DNA of 26,312 nucleotides from an uncultured Pseudomonadota bacterium (lineage in GTDB: Bacteria > SAR324 > NAC60-12). Made by a program: the position numbers and the translations under genes. The DNA lies in the NCBI GenBank assembly GCA_913020725.1, contig CAJWCD010000039.1, forward strand, positions 1 to 26,312, given 5' to 3'. Positions 16,850 through 26,217 of the stretch are shown in pieces; the first letter of the stretch is position 1, and every line of letters starts with the position of its first letter. The notes below the pieces were generated by a model. It saw only the letters and a program-made list of their open reading frames with translations, was not told the DNA's origin and made no database searches.

Positions 16850-17944
16850 ATGCCGATCACCGAACTCCCTGCCCCTACGGACACACTCCCTCCGAGCCAC
16901 GCGGAGCAGGGTTGGGTGCAGACTCCGGGACTTGTGGATTTGCAGGTGAACGGTTTTGCCGGAGTGGATTACAACACGCCCAGCCTCACTCCGGAACAAC
17001 TGCACCACTCGCTGGAGGCCATGCTGGCCACGGGCGTGACCACCTGCCTTCCGACCGTGATCACGGCAACAGAGGCCCGCCTCAAGGCATGTTTTTCCGC
17101 TTTGGAACGTGCCCGGACTGCTTCGCCTCTCGCCCAAGCCATGATCGCGGGCTATCACTTGGAGGGGCCGTTTCTTTCGCCTCTGCCCGGCTACTCCGGA
17201 TGCCACCCGATAGCTGCGATGGGCTCCGCCGATCCAGAACTGTTCGCCCGTGTGCAGGATGCGGCGGGCGGTAGCATCCGGTTGGTGACGGTGGCACCGG
17301 AGATTGAGGGCGTTCTGCCGCTGATTGAGAAACTGGTTCGGGATGGGATCCTCGTTGCTTTGGGACACACGGCGGCAGACACTGCCACCATCCGGAAGGC
17401 CGTGGACGCCGGAGCTTCGCTCTCCACCCACCTCGGCAACGGCACCGCAGGGGCACTCGCCAAGAACAACAACCCGATCATGGCCCAGCTTGGCGAAGAC
17501 CGGCTGCACGCCAGTTTCATTGCGGACGGCTACCACCTGTCTCCGGAAGTGCTGAATGTCTATTTGCGGGCCAAGCAAACCCAGCGCACCATTTTAGTGA
17601 CGGACGCGATGGCTGGCGCCGCCGCCCCTCCCGGACGCTACCGACTTGGGGAACTCGAACTGGAGCGCGGGAAAGAGCCGGTGGCCCGTGACCCGGTCAC
17701 TTCTCGTCCTGCTGGTGCTGCGGTCAGCCTCGACCAGTGTGTGCGCAACGTGATGCGCTGGTTTGGGGTTTCGCTGCACGAGGCCGTCGTCTGGGCGGGC
17801 ACTCAACCCCTACGGTTTCTGAAAAACTCCGGGACCATTGCCTCCTCCTCCGAGGCGAATCAGTTTGTTTGGTGGGAAGAGCAAGAGCAGGGTTGGCAGG
17901 TCAAAGCCGCACGAAGCGGACAGTTCTTGTTCAACGGGGTTTAA
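16850..17944 (+). CDS. nagA: N-acetylglucosamine-6-phosphate deacetylase-like
   Basis: PGLVDLQVNG, GVTTCLPT, HLEGPF, TVAPE, LGHT, THLGN, IADGYH, LVTDAM. Confidence 0.85.
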   Translation: MPITELPAPTDTLPPSHAEQGWVQTPGLVDLQVNGFAGVDYNTPSLTPEQLHHSLEAMLATGVTTCLPTVITATEARLKACFSALERARTASPLAQAMIAGYHLEGPFLSPLPGYSGCHPIAAMGSADPELFARVQDAAGGSIRLVTVAPEIEGVLPLIEKLVRDGILVALGHTAADTATIRKAVDAGASLSTHLGNGTAGALAKNNNPIMAQLGEDRLHASFIADGYHLSPEVLNVYLRAKQTQRTILVTDAMAGAAAPPGRYRLGELELERGKEPVARDPVTSRPAGAAVSLDQCVRNVMRWFGVSLHEAVVWAGTQPLRFLKNSGTIASSSEANQFVWWEEQEQGWQVKAARSGQFLFNGV

Positions 17945-18056
17945 ATTAACCCTTGACTCCAAATTGAAGAATGATAACTCTATTGTCTGTTAGATTCGAA
18001 ACTGCACGAATGCAGTGCGGTTTTTCTCAACTTTTCCCTTAAATCAGGAGAAACTC

Positions 18057-19424
18057 ATGCGCAAGGAACAAGAACTGCTCTACCAAGAGGAATTGCGGCA
18101 GCAGTTGCTGAACGGCGAGATCGACCGCCGGGAATTCCTCTCTCGAACCATGACCGCCGGACTAGGATTGGCCGGAGTGGGAGTTGCGGCGAACTTTGGG
18201 ACCGGAGTGGCCCACGCAGCACGACCGCTGACCCCGACCTTCTACCAATGGATCGAGGATTTGCATCCGGGCATTCCGAAGGTGAATTCACGGTTCCCAG
18301 ATGTGAATTACCAGATTGCTCCTGTGGAGGGGTTCGGGATTGAACGCTTTGTTGCTGAAGCCAAGAAGGGCAAGAGTACCTGGGACGTCTATGTTGGTCA
18401 GACTCCGTTCGTCGAGATGACCGCGATGATTGAGGCGGATGTGATCGAGCCATGGGACGATTACATTCCAAGGGATGTCCTCAATGACATTATCCCTTCG
18501 ATTCGTGAGGAGTGCACGATCAACGGCAAGCTCTACGGTTGGCCTTTCCTGTTGGATGTGATCGGCATGAGCTGGCACTCGGGTATTACGTCCAAAGCAG
18601 GCTTGCCCGCTGACCCCCCTGCAACATGGCAGGATTACTTGGCCCGTTCTCAACAAATCGTGGATTCCAAGACGGCTTTGTTTGGCGCGACCTTTGATGC
18701 ACACGGTTGGCGCTCGCTCGCTCCCTTCACACATAGCTTAACCCGTGATGCCTACACGTCCGATGGTCTGTTCGATTTTACTGGAGACGCAGCCATTGAA
18801 GCCTTAATATTGATGAAGAACATCATGCGGGATGCGAATCCGGACATCCTGCTTGCCGGTGCCTCGGATGGTGGAGTGAACGGAACTCCGGACGAAGTGG
18901 CCTTTTCGACCCAGCGGGTGGGGTATTACACCAAATACTTCAACGCACCGCTGCGGATGGCCCAGTATTGGGACAACCCCAAGGATCTGAAACTGGGACC
19001 GCTGCCAAAGTTTGCTGGCGGAGAAGGTTCCACCGTGTTCTGGACCACGGGTGCAGCCTTGTTCAAGCACGGACAGAACAAGGAAAAAGCTGCCGAGTAT
19101 GTCAAGGCTCTGACCTATGACATGCAGATCTGGAAGGATTCCATTGCCGGAACTTCCACCGGGCACCCAGGACATTTGCCTCCCTACAAGTCCATCTATG
19201 CCAAGTGGGCCGCGAACAAGCCCTCCTGGCTCCCTGATTTTGTCGGACTCGTCCGTGGGCAGCTTGATGAGGCCAAGGCCATCCCCAACCACCTCTTTGG
19301 ACTCCAGCAGTTCATCATCGGACAGCCGGTCTGGGAGACTTACCTCAAGGGAGAAGAGAAAAATCCACGGGTTGCAATGCAGAACGCGATGGATGCGGTT
19401 CGTGCTGAAATGAAGCGCGGATAA
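18057..19424 (+). CDS. Sugar ABC transporter substrate-binding protein with Tat signal
   Basis: AGGAG RBS before ATG 18057. Twin-arginine motif IDRREFL, hydrophobic stretch and AHA cleavage site. CUT1 SBP-like motifs (NGKLYGWP, PATWQD). Confidence 0.82.
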   Translation: MRKEQELLYQEELRQQLLNGEIDRREFLSRTMTAGLGLAGVGVAANFGTGVAHAARPLTPTFYQWIEDLHPGIPKVNSRFPDVNYQIAPVEGFGIERFVAEAKKGKSTWDVYVGQTPFVEMTAMIEADVIEPWDDYIPRDVLNDIIPSIREECTINGKLYGWPFLLDVIGMSWHSGITSKAGLPADPPATWQDYLARSQQIVDSKTALFGATFDAHGWRSLAPFTHSLTRDAYTSDGLFDFTGDAAIEALILMKNIMRDANPDILLAGASDGGVNGTPDEVAFSTQRVGYYTKYFNAPLRMAQYWDNPKDLKLGPLPKFAGGEGSTVFWTTGAALFKHGQNKEKAAEYVKALTYDMQIWKDSIAGTSTGHPGHLPPYKSIYAKWAANKPSWLPDFVGLVRGQLDEAKAIPNHLFGLQQFIIGQPVWETYLKGEEKNPRVAMQNAMDAVRAEMKRG

Positions 19425-19443
19425 GCTAATCCAAGATTTGGAG

Positions 19444-19470
19444 AAGGGACAGCCTTCGCTGTCCCTTTTC
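19444..19470 (+). terminator. Stem-loop/intrinsic terminator after the SBP gene
   Basis: AAGGGACAGC-CTTC-GCTGTCCCTT followed by TT: a perfect 10-bp stem with a short U tract, likely a partial terminator or mRNA stabiliser. Confidence 0.7.
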
Positions 19471-19503
19471 TAGCTTGCCTCCTGCCGACAGGGTTGAGAC
19501 ACA

Positions 19504-20478
19504 ATGAACCGTCGGCTTCATCAAAGCAAAGTTGATGCTTCCGTGACAGCAATAGCAATCCCATCTGTTGGAATGGCCAAACGGAGTTTGTTTGGACTGC
19601 AATTCAGCACTTGGACTTTTTTGCTTCCCGCACTTTTGTTCTTTGTCGGATATCAGGTCTTTCCTATCATCCGCGTCGTCTGGCTCAGTTTCACTGATTT
19701 CAAGTACCTCACCAATGATCCTGCCAACTGGGTCGGACTGGCCAATTATGCGGAAGCCCTCAGTGATCCTCTGATGTGGAAAAGCCTAGGCAGGGCCGCA
19801 TATTTCACGCTCATGTTCCTGCCCGGAACCATCATCTTCCCTTTGTTGCTTGCCATCTTGGTTGACCGTGTTGAAGGCCAGCGCTTGTCCACCTTTTATC
19901 GAGTCATCCTGCTGCTCCCTGCGGTCATTCCAAGCACTCTGGTGTTTGTGTTGTGGAAATGGATGTACAATTACCAGATTGGACCCATCAATCACTTTTT
20001 GGTTGAGGTCATGGGGTGGTTCACTTACCGGAACGCGCCTCAGTGGCTTGGAGGCACCCCGTTGACCCTGCCTTCGGTGGCCGTCATGGAGGTCTGGTGG
20101 GGACTGGGGTATCACAGCATCTTTTTTCTTGCCGGACTCGCTGCGATTCCTAAGGATCTGCCTGAAGCCGCTCGTGTGGACGGTGCGAGTGAATGGCAAG
20201 TCTTTTGGCATATCACTCGACCCCGGCTACAGCCGATCATGCTCATTCTCGTGGTCCTGCGCTTCGGCACGGCCATGGCTGTGATTGATGAATACCTGAT
20301 TTTTGGCGGCTTCAACCGTGCTTCACCAACCTACACTTGGACGGTGTTCATGTACGATCAGGCCTTTAAGATCGGACTCTGGCGTCAAGGATTCGCATCA
20401 GCAATCGGCATGATAGGAGCCTTGGTGATGATGTGCTTTGTAGCTTTCCTGATTTACGTTTTCCGTTCCAAGGATTGA
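19504..20478 (+). CDS. Carbohydrate ABC transporter permease (CUT1, first)
   Basis: FLLPALL, WVGLANY, LAGLAAIP..LPEAARVDGAS (EAA loop). Alternative start ATG 19573. Confidence 0.9.
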   Translation: MNRRLHQSKVDASVTAIAIPSVGMAKRSLFGLQFSTWTFLLPALLFFVGYQVFPIIRVVWLSFTDFKYLTNDPANWVGLANYAEALSDPLMWKSLGRAAYFTLMFLPGTIIFPLLLAILVDRVEGQRLSTFYRVILLLPAVIPSTLVFVLWKWMYNYQIGPINHFLVEVMGWFTYRNAPQWLGGTPLTLPSVAVMEVWWGLGYHSIFFLAGLAAIPKDLPEAARVDGASEWQVFWHITRPRLQPIMLILVVLRFGTAMAVIDEYLIFGGFNRASPTYTWTVFMYDQAFKIGLWRQGFASAIGMIGALVMMCFVAFLIYVFRSKD

Positions 20479-20485
20479 GGAGGAG

Positions 20486-21361
20486 ATGTCTGCGACCACC
20501 CACGAGAATCCCTATCTGAAGAAGAAACTCGCACGTCAGCGTCGCAATGCGGTGATCCAGCATGGCGTGATCATTTTCTTTTTACTGAGTATTTTGCTTC
20601 CTCTGAGTTGGGTTTTGCTGCTTTCGGTCAAATCCCTCCCGGATTCCATGCGTGGGAGCCTCTGGCCCCGGCGTTTTGATTTCTCGCATTATGGCTATGT
20701 TTTCGATAAAATTGGAACGCTGCCCACGAACTTTTTCAACAGCATTTATGTCACCGGGGCGACGGTGTTGATCACCACCTTCTGTGCCGTTCTGGCAGGC
20801 TACGCTCTGGTTCATCTCAAACCCCGTGGAGGCGCATTCATTGTCGCCATGTTTCTCTCTTCTCTCTACTTCCCGACACGCGTGGTTTCAGTCATCAGCA
20901 TTTATGAAATCCAAGATTATTTTGAGTTGATCAACAGCACCAGTGGCTTAATTCTGCCCTACATCACTTTGAATCTGGCGATTAGCGTACTGATCATGCG
21001 CAGTATTTTTCAGTTGGTTCCCCATGAACTGATCGATGCTGCCCGCATTGATGGTGCGGGTCCGTGGAGGACACTGTGGGTGGTTGGTCTGCCGCTCGCC
21101 AAAAACGGACTTGTGGTGGTGATCATTGTCAATTTTGTCACAGCGTGGGGGGAATACCTGCTTGCTACGACACTGACCAACGATCAGGCCGTGAGAACCA
21201 TGCCCGTGGTGCTGGCCGCCGCACAGGGAGGCATGGGGCAGTGGGCCTGGCCCCGTATCGCCGCAGTTTATGTGCTGGTGGTCCTGCCAGGGATCATTGC
21301 GTTCACCTTCGCCCAGCGCCTCTTTTTCAAGGGACTCATGGACGGTGCACTGAAGACCTGA
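20486..21361 (+). CDS. Carbohydrate ABC transporter permease (CUT1, second)
   Basis: AGYAL, ELIDAARIDGAG, FVTAWGEY, QRLFFKGLMDGALK. GAGGAG RBS. Confidence 0.92.
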   Translation: MSATTHENPYLKKKLARQRRNAVIQHGVIIFFLLSILLPLSWVLLLSVKSLPDSMRGSLWPRRFDFSHYGYVFDKIGTLPTNFFNSIYVTGATVLITTFCAVLAGYALVHLKPRGGAFIVAMFLSSLYFPTRVVSVISIYEIQDYFELINSTSGLILPYITLNLAISVLIMRSIFQLVPHELIDAARIDGAGPWRTLWVVGLPLAKNGLVVVIIVNFVTAWGEYLLATTLTNDQAVRTMPVVLAAAQGGMGQWAWPRIAAVYVLVVLPGIIAFTFAQRLFFKGLMDGALKT

Positions 21362-21434
21362 TCAGCCCTTGGGCTTTCAACCCGAACAAAGCAGACGGTC
21401 GTCCACTGCGGCTCCTTGCTGAATCCAGTTTCAT

Positions 21435-22442
21435 ATGGCTTTTGCACCAGTCAGAATGGGTGTGGTTGGAACAGGGCGTTTCGGTTCTCTCCATGCTTTG
21501 ACAATCAATGGTTTGGCCGAATCGGATTTGGTGGCCTTGGTGGACAGCGTTCCCGCCAGTCTGGATCGTTTACCACCCGAACTCTCAGACATCTCGAAAT
21601 TTACCGATCTTGACGAGGCAATAGCCGAAACCGGTGCAGAAGCTTGGATTGTCGCCTCGTCCACGGCTTCCCATGTGCCGGTTGCAGGCAAGTTACTGGC
21701 ATCGGGATCTGCGGTTTTGTTGGAGAAACCGCTGGCCGACAGCCTGAACGAGGCAATCAAGCTTTCCGAACTGGCGGACGCAAACCCAGAACGCCTGATG
21801 CTTGGCCACCTCTTGCTCTTCAACAGCGAATTCCAGGGTTTGAAAGCCGAGTGTCGCCGTCGAGGCTCTTTCCGCTATGCCTCATGTTACCGGATGCGGC
21901 CAACTCGGCATGCCAATGATTATCCAGGGGAAACTCCGTTTCACCTCACAATGGTTCATGATCTTTACTGCATCCAATCCTTGGTGAACGCCGAAGATCC
22001 ACTGTATTATCACGCTCAAAAACACGTCACTTCCCTGGGGAACATAGATTTGGCACTGGCCCAACTGCAATGGGCTGATGGCAGGTTGGCGACTTTTGCC
22101 GCAGGGTTTCTTACACCAGAGGGGATGTCCGGGGAAGGGTTTGACCGCATGGAAGTTTACGGTGACGGGTGGTTTGCTCGTTTATCGCCCAACCCGCGTC
22201 CGCTGGAAGTGTGGGCCGAACGTTATGTTCCGCCGTTGACTCTTGAAATCCAAACCGATCCCGGTCATCCCAGCGGCATGCTGGCCGAAGAACTGCGCTG
22301 CTTCTGTCAAGTTGTCAGAGGTCTGGAACCCGTCCCTGCCGGAGCGCGCTATGCTGATGGGGTTCAAGTGATGCGCTGGCTGGAAAGACTGTTCGAGGCG
22401 GCTGAACAGGGGCACGGCTCACAGCATGGGGAGACCGAGTGA
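21435..22442 (+). CDS. Gfo/Idh/MocA-family NAD(P)-dependent oxidoreductase
   Basis: VVGTGRFG Rossmann motif, LLEKP, MVHD. Confidence 0.88.
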   Translation: MAFAPVRMGVVGTGRFGSLHALTINGLAESDLVALVDSVPASLDRLPPELSDISKFTDLDEAIAETGAEAWIVASSTASHVPVAGKLLASGSAVLLEKPLADSLNEAIKLSELADANPERLMLGHLLLFNSEFQGLKAECRRRGSFRYASCYRMRPTRHANDYPGETPFHLTMVHDLYCIQSLVNAEDPLYYHAQKHVTSLGNIDLALAQLQWADGRLATFAAGFLTPEGMSGEGFDRMEVYGDGWFARLSPNPRPLEVWAERYVPPLTLEIQTDPGHPSGMLAEELRCFCQVVRGLEPVPAGARYADGVQVMRWLERLFEAAEQGHGSQHGETE

Positions 22443-23293
22443 GATCATTTGCGCGGGCAGACGCCCACGTTCACCTCTTTGAAGGTAGCTATCAGGGGAA
22501 CTCGTTCACCCGGCGTCCGGGTGTTTTGATCGATGAAGTCCTTTGTTACCAATCGTTGATGCAGGAGTACCAGATCCAAGCTGCCTTGGTGATAGGCTTT
22601 GCCGGAGAAAGCTGGTGTGCAGAAAACAACGGTTTCCTTGCTGAGTTGATCCCGCGCTGTTCATGGATGCAGGCCCTTGCCTACTGGGATCTGAATTCGG
22701 ACAGAGATCCCCTCGAACAATTGGAAGAATGGCGCGGGCAGGGATTCATTGGAATCAGCCTGTATGTTTTCGAAAAACTGGAGATTCAGGGTCTGGCTGG
22801 AATTAAAGACGAGGTTTGGAACTGGCTTGAGTGCAATGGCTGGCTAATCAGCGTCAACTCATCCGGGGGTCGCTGGAGCTTGTGGAAGCCGATTCTGGAA
22901 AAACATCCGAGGTTGAGACTAGCCGCCTCCCATCTGGGTCTGCCTTCCAAGTTTTCGAGGACGCCTTCACGGGATGAGGCTTTCAAGATGATGTCGCCGT
23001 TGAACGAGCTATACGAGTTCCCAGAAGTGCATGTCAAACTCAGTGGCTATTATGCCCTCACCGATCCCGCGCATGATTTTCCCCACGAAGCCGCTTGGCC
23101 CGTGACGGAAGTGATCCTGAAACATTTTGGATCCGAGCGGCTTCTGTGGGGAAGCGACTTTTCGCCTTGCCTGGATTTTCTTTCCTTCCCGCAGACTTAC
23201 GGACTGTTCTCGAAGATGCCTTTTTTCAATGAGGAGGATCGGGAAAAAATACTGGGAGGAAATCTCCTGAGACTGATTGGAGGCGAAGCATGA
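22439..23293 (+). CDS. Amidohydrolase_2-family protein (sugar lactonase-like)
   Basis: DAHVH, SHLGLP, VKLSG, FGSERLLWGSDF. GTGA start/stop overlap with the upstream gene. Confidence 0.85.
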   Translation: MRSFARADAHVHLFEGSYQGNSFTRRPGVLIDEVLCYQSLMQEYQIQAALVIGFAGESWCAENNGFLAELIPRCSWMQALAYWDLNSDRDPLEQLEEWRGQGFIGISLYVFEKLEIQGLAGIKDEVWNWLECNGWLISVNSSGGRWSLWKPILEKHPRLRLAASHLGLPSKFSRTPSRDEAFKMMSPLNELYEFPEVHVKLSGYYALTDPAHDFPHEAAWPVTEVILKHFGSERLLWGSDFSPCLDFLSFPQTYGLFSKMPFFNEEDREKILGGNLLRLIGGEA

Positions 23294-23328
23294 TTTTCGC
23301 ATTCGCAAGGGTGTGGGGTGAACGCAGT

Positions 23329-24114
23329 TCATTTCCCGATGATATCTTGGATCATCCGGAAATTGCCTGCGGTCAACCCGCCATCCACGGTCAGGGAGGT
23401 ACCATTGACAAACCCGGCTTCATCCGCACTGAGGAAGGCCACTGCGGCCGCGATGTCCTCCGGTTGCCCCACCCTGCCCTGCGGGTACCAGCTTTTTACC
23501 AGCTCAAGTACTTCTGGACGCGCCTCCACACGGTGACGCCAAACCGGCGTTTCCACCGTCCCCGGAAGCACGGCATTGCTGCGGATTCCTTTGGGCCCGT
23601 ATCCGATTGCTAGTGTTTGTGTGAAAGAAATCAGTCCGGCCTTGGCTGCGCTGTAGGCGGGATTTCCGAGGGCTTGAATAGCGTTCACGGAGGAGACATT
23701 GGTAATCACTCCGCGGCCTTGTGCAACCATGCCGGAGAGGACCAGACGTGTCAGTACAAAATGCGCGGTCAAGTTCAGCGCGAGGTCCGCATTCCAACTC
23801 TCTAACGTCGTCTCTTCATAATCCTCACTGAAGGCTCCCCCGGCATTGTTGACCAGCACATCAACGTGTCCCAAAGTTTCCAGCACTTTTGCAAACGCTC
23901 CTTCCACTGCGTTTTCATCCGTCAAATCCGCTTCGACAAAAAGTGCAAGTCGCCCCAAGTGTGTCAACTCGTTTTCAACAGTCTTACCCGTTTCCACGTT
24001 GCGGTCGATGAACACCAGTTTCGCTCCTTCGGAAGTAAGCCGATGGCAGATGGCCAAGCCGATGCCCGAAGCACCGCCGGTCACAAGCACGTTTTTATGC
24101 TCAAAGCGTTTCAT
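23329..24114 (-). CDS. Classical short-chain dehydrogenase/reductase
   Basis: TGGASGIG, VNNAG, YSAAK, PG, VDGG. GGAG RBS before ATG 24114. Confidence 0.92.
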   Translation of the reverse strand: MKRFEHKNVLVTGGASGIGLAICHRLTSEGAKLVFIDRNVETGKTVENELTHLGRLALFVEADLTDENAVEGAFAKVLETLGHVDVLVNNAGGAFSEDYEETTLESWNADLALNLTAHFVLTRLVLSGMVAQGRGVITNVSSVNAIQALGNPAYSAAKAGLISFTQTLAIGYGPKGIRSNAVLPGTVETPVWRHRVEARPEVLELVKSWYPQGRVGQPEDIAAAVAFLSADEAGFVNGTSLTVDGGLTAGNFRMIQDIIGK

Positions 24115-24166
24115 GACAAATCTCCAGAAGTATTGAACGCTAAAACTGACATGGTTCCTCCTATCA

Positions 24167-24742
24167 TCATTCAAAGGTGTCGTGGGTACCCCGGTAAATT
24201 TGCAGGAAACGGGGCAGGTAGGTGACGAGGATATAGATTTCGATGGCGCTGGAGACGAGCAGGACGGGCAGGATCACGGAATCGTAGGGCAAATCCGCAT
24301 GGCCCAAATCTTCCAGCCAGAGCCGCACAAAACCGTAACCGAGGATGGCGAAGTTGAACGCTGTGCCCCACTTCGGAATCCGTTTGGGAGCGACCTTGAA
24401 GGCGATTTTTTTCCACCAGAGCAGCACCGGGATGGAGGCCAGTTGGGCCAAATCCCGGACAAAAATCAGCGCGACGTACCAGCCCGGAACCCGCTCCACG
24501 GCAAAGAGGTAGCCGAACATTGCCAGTGCGACGAGCTTGTCCGCCACCGGATCGAGGATCATTCCGGCCTGCGTGACAATCCCCAACTTGCGGGCCAGTC
24601 GTCCGTCCAGATAATCCGTCAGAAACACCCAGCCCGCGAGCAGGAACCCGGCAGTGAACGAGCGCTGGTGGATCAGTAGCAGCACCGCTGGAATCAGCAG
24701 GATGCGCGAGAGTGTGAGCAGGTTCGGAAGATTGAGCGGCAT
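24167..24742 (-). CDS. CDP-alcohol phosphatidyltransferase (PgsA/cardiolipin-synthase-like)
   Basis: NLPNLLTLSRI and the D(x)2DG(x)2AR(x)8G(x)2LD(x)2AD motif (TDYLDGRLARKLGIVTQAGMILDPVADK). GAGG RBS. Confidence 0.88.
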   Translation of the reverse strand: MPLNLPNLLTLSRILLIPAVLLLIHQRSFTAGFLLAGWVFLTDYLDGRLARKLGIVTQAGMILDPVADKLVALAMFGYLFAVERVPGWYVALIFVRDLAQLASIPVLLWWKKIAFKVAPKRIPKWGTAFNFAILGYGFVRLWLEDLGHADLPYDSVILPVLLVSSAIEIYILVTYLPRFLQIYRGTHDTFE

Positions 24743-24749
24743 GGTCGCC

Positions 24750-25415
24750 TCACGCGAGAATCTTCTCTCCGAGTTTGCGGGTCTCCTCCTCGCTGCGCCG
24801 TTCCGGACGCGGCGGAATCGTGATGCCCTTGGCACACGCCGGGCGTTCTTCCAGCGTGGCGCACCAGCGGCTCACATTTGCTAGGTCCGCGATTTCTACC
24901 CCCGCCCACTTGTGAATCCGCACCCACGGCCAGGTGGCGATGTCCGCAATCGAGTACTCTCCCGCCAAAAATTCCCGATCCGCCAAGCACGTGTCCAGCA
25001 CCTCGTAAAGCCGCCGCACCTCGCGCTGGTAGCGGTCAATGGCGTAGGGGATTTTTTCTGGAGCATAGCGGAAGAAGACGTGCGCCTGCCCCTGCATCGG
25101 CCCCACCCCGCCCATCTGAAACATCAGCCACTGCATCACTTCCGAACGCGGCTTGGGGTCGGCAGGGAGCAACTGCCCGGACTTTTCCGCAAGGTAGATC
25201 AGAATGGCCCCGGACTCCATCACGGCAAAGTCCTCGCAGTCGTGATCAATGATGGCCGGAATGCGCCCGTTTGGGTTGATTGCCAGAAACTCCGGCTGCT
25301 TTTGTTCCCGGCTGGAGAGGTCGAAAATCACCGTTTTGTAGGGGAGTCCGATTTCCTCCAGCATGATGGAAACCTTGTGGCCGTTTGGCGTGGGGGCGGT
25401 GTAGAGTGTGATCAT
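24750..25415 (-). CDS. yfcG: Glutathione S-transferase, Nu class (YfcG-like)
   Basis: [55 protein letters not shown]. Confidence 0.85.
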   Translation of the reverse strand: MITLYTAPTPNGHKVSIMLEEIGLPYKTVIFDLSSREQKQPEFLAINPNGRIPAIIDHDCEDFAVMESGAILIYLAEKSGQLLPADPKPRSEVMQWLMFQMGGVGPMQGQAHVFFRYAPEKIPYAIDRYQREVRRLYEVLDTCLADREFLAGEYSIADIATWPWVRIHKWAGVEIADLANVSRWCATLEERPACAKGITIPPRPERRSEEETRKLGEKILA

Positions 25416-25688
25416 GCGGGCACCTTGAGGGCTTGGGGTTGAAGTTTTGACTGTCCGGAACTTCCGGAGGCAAACAGAGAGGCGTTGCGCCACCTCCATT
25501 CTTACACTAGCTTGACCAAATGGGAAGCCTACTGCTTCCTCAAGCTTCCATCTAGTTGTGGACGAGGTTAGTGATTATGCGGAAGCGGTGGAGAGCAAGC
25601 TGGAAATTCGCTGGATTCCTTTGTAGAATTTGAGTTTGGGATTCCCTTTATCCAAACGCAACCCGTACCCAACCCCAAAAGAAACACG

Positions 25689-26211
25689 ATGAAAAAAGTG
25701 ATCACCCTGTGTTGTGCGGCCTTACTGCTGCCGAGCTTTGTCTTCGGCCCTCTGCCCGTGGGGGAAAAACCTTCGCAGGTGGTGCTGGAGGGCGATCAGG
25801 GCAATCGCGTCAATGGTGGTTCGTGGAGCAGCGATGAACTGGTCGGAGCAGTTCATGTGCTGTTCTATGTTGATCCGGACGAAAGCGACCTCAACAATGC
25901 TGCCAGCGACGCGCTCAAGGCGGAACACTTTGACAAAGCGCAGTACCGCTCGGTGGCCATCATCAACATGGATGCGACGTGACTGCCCAACGCAGTGCTC
26001 CAAATGCGGCTGGAGAGCAAGCAGGAGGAGTACCCTCCGAACGATTTATGTGCGGGACAACCAGATTGCTGGTGGAGAAGTTGGGACTTGGCGGACGACA
26101 GCAGCGACATCGTGCTGTTCGACCGCGATGGCACGGTGCTGTTCAGTGTCGATGGACAACTCACGGAAGTGCAAATCCAAGAGTTGCTGGGGCTGATCCG
26201 AGAGCGGATGA
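25689..26211 (+). pseudogene. YtfJ-family periplasmic protein, disrupted (TGA plus local frameshifts; may be sequencing error)
   Basis: Signal peptide, WSSDEL, VLFYVDPD, VAIINMDAT*LPN, KQEEYP / TIYVRD / LLVEK / WDLADDSSDIVLFDRDG..LF..DGQL. TGA at 25980-25982 where Trp is expected. Three frame changes at about 26037-26082 return to the original frame. 3' end approximate. Confidence 0.7.
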
Positions 26212-26217
26212 ACGGAT

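Noticed and set aside
24167..24742. ynjF partner of the ynjBCD operon displaced by the sugar island
   Set aside because: The motif context (NLPNLLTLSRI, LDPVADK) is PgsA/cardiolipin-synthase-like, and the gene is coupled to the GST about 10 kb away.
25980..25982. TGA at a conserved Trp position, suggesting UGA=Trp recoding or selenocysteine
   Set aside because: TGA ends many intact genes here (nagB, higA, ftsI, permeases) and Trp is encoded by TGG throughout. Nearby indels point to error or decay.
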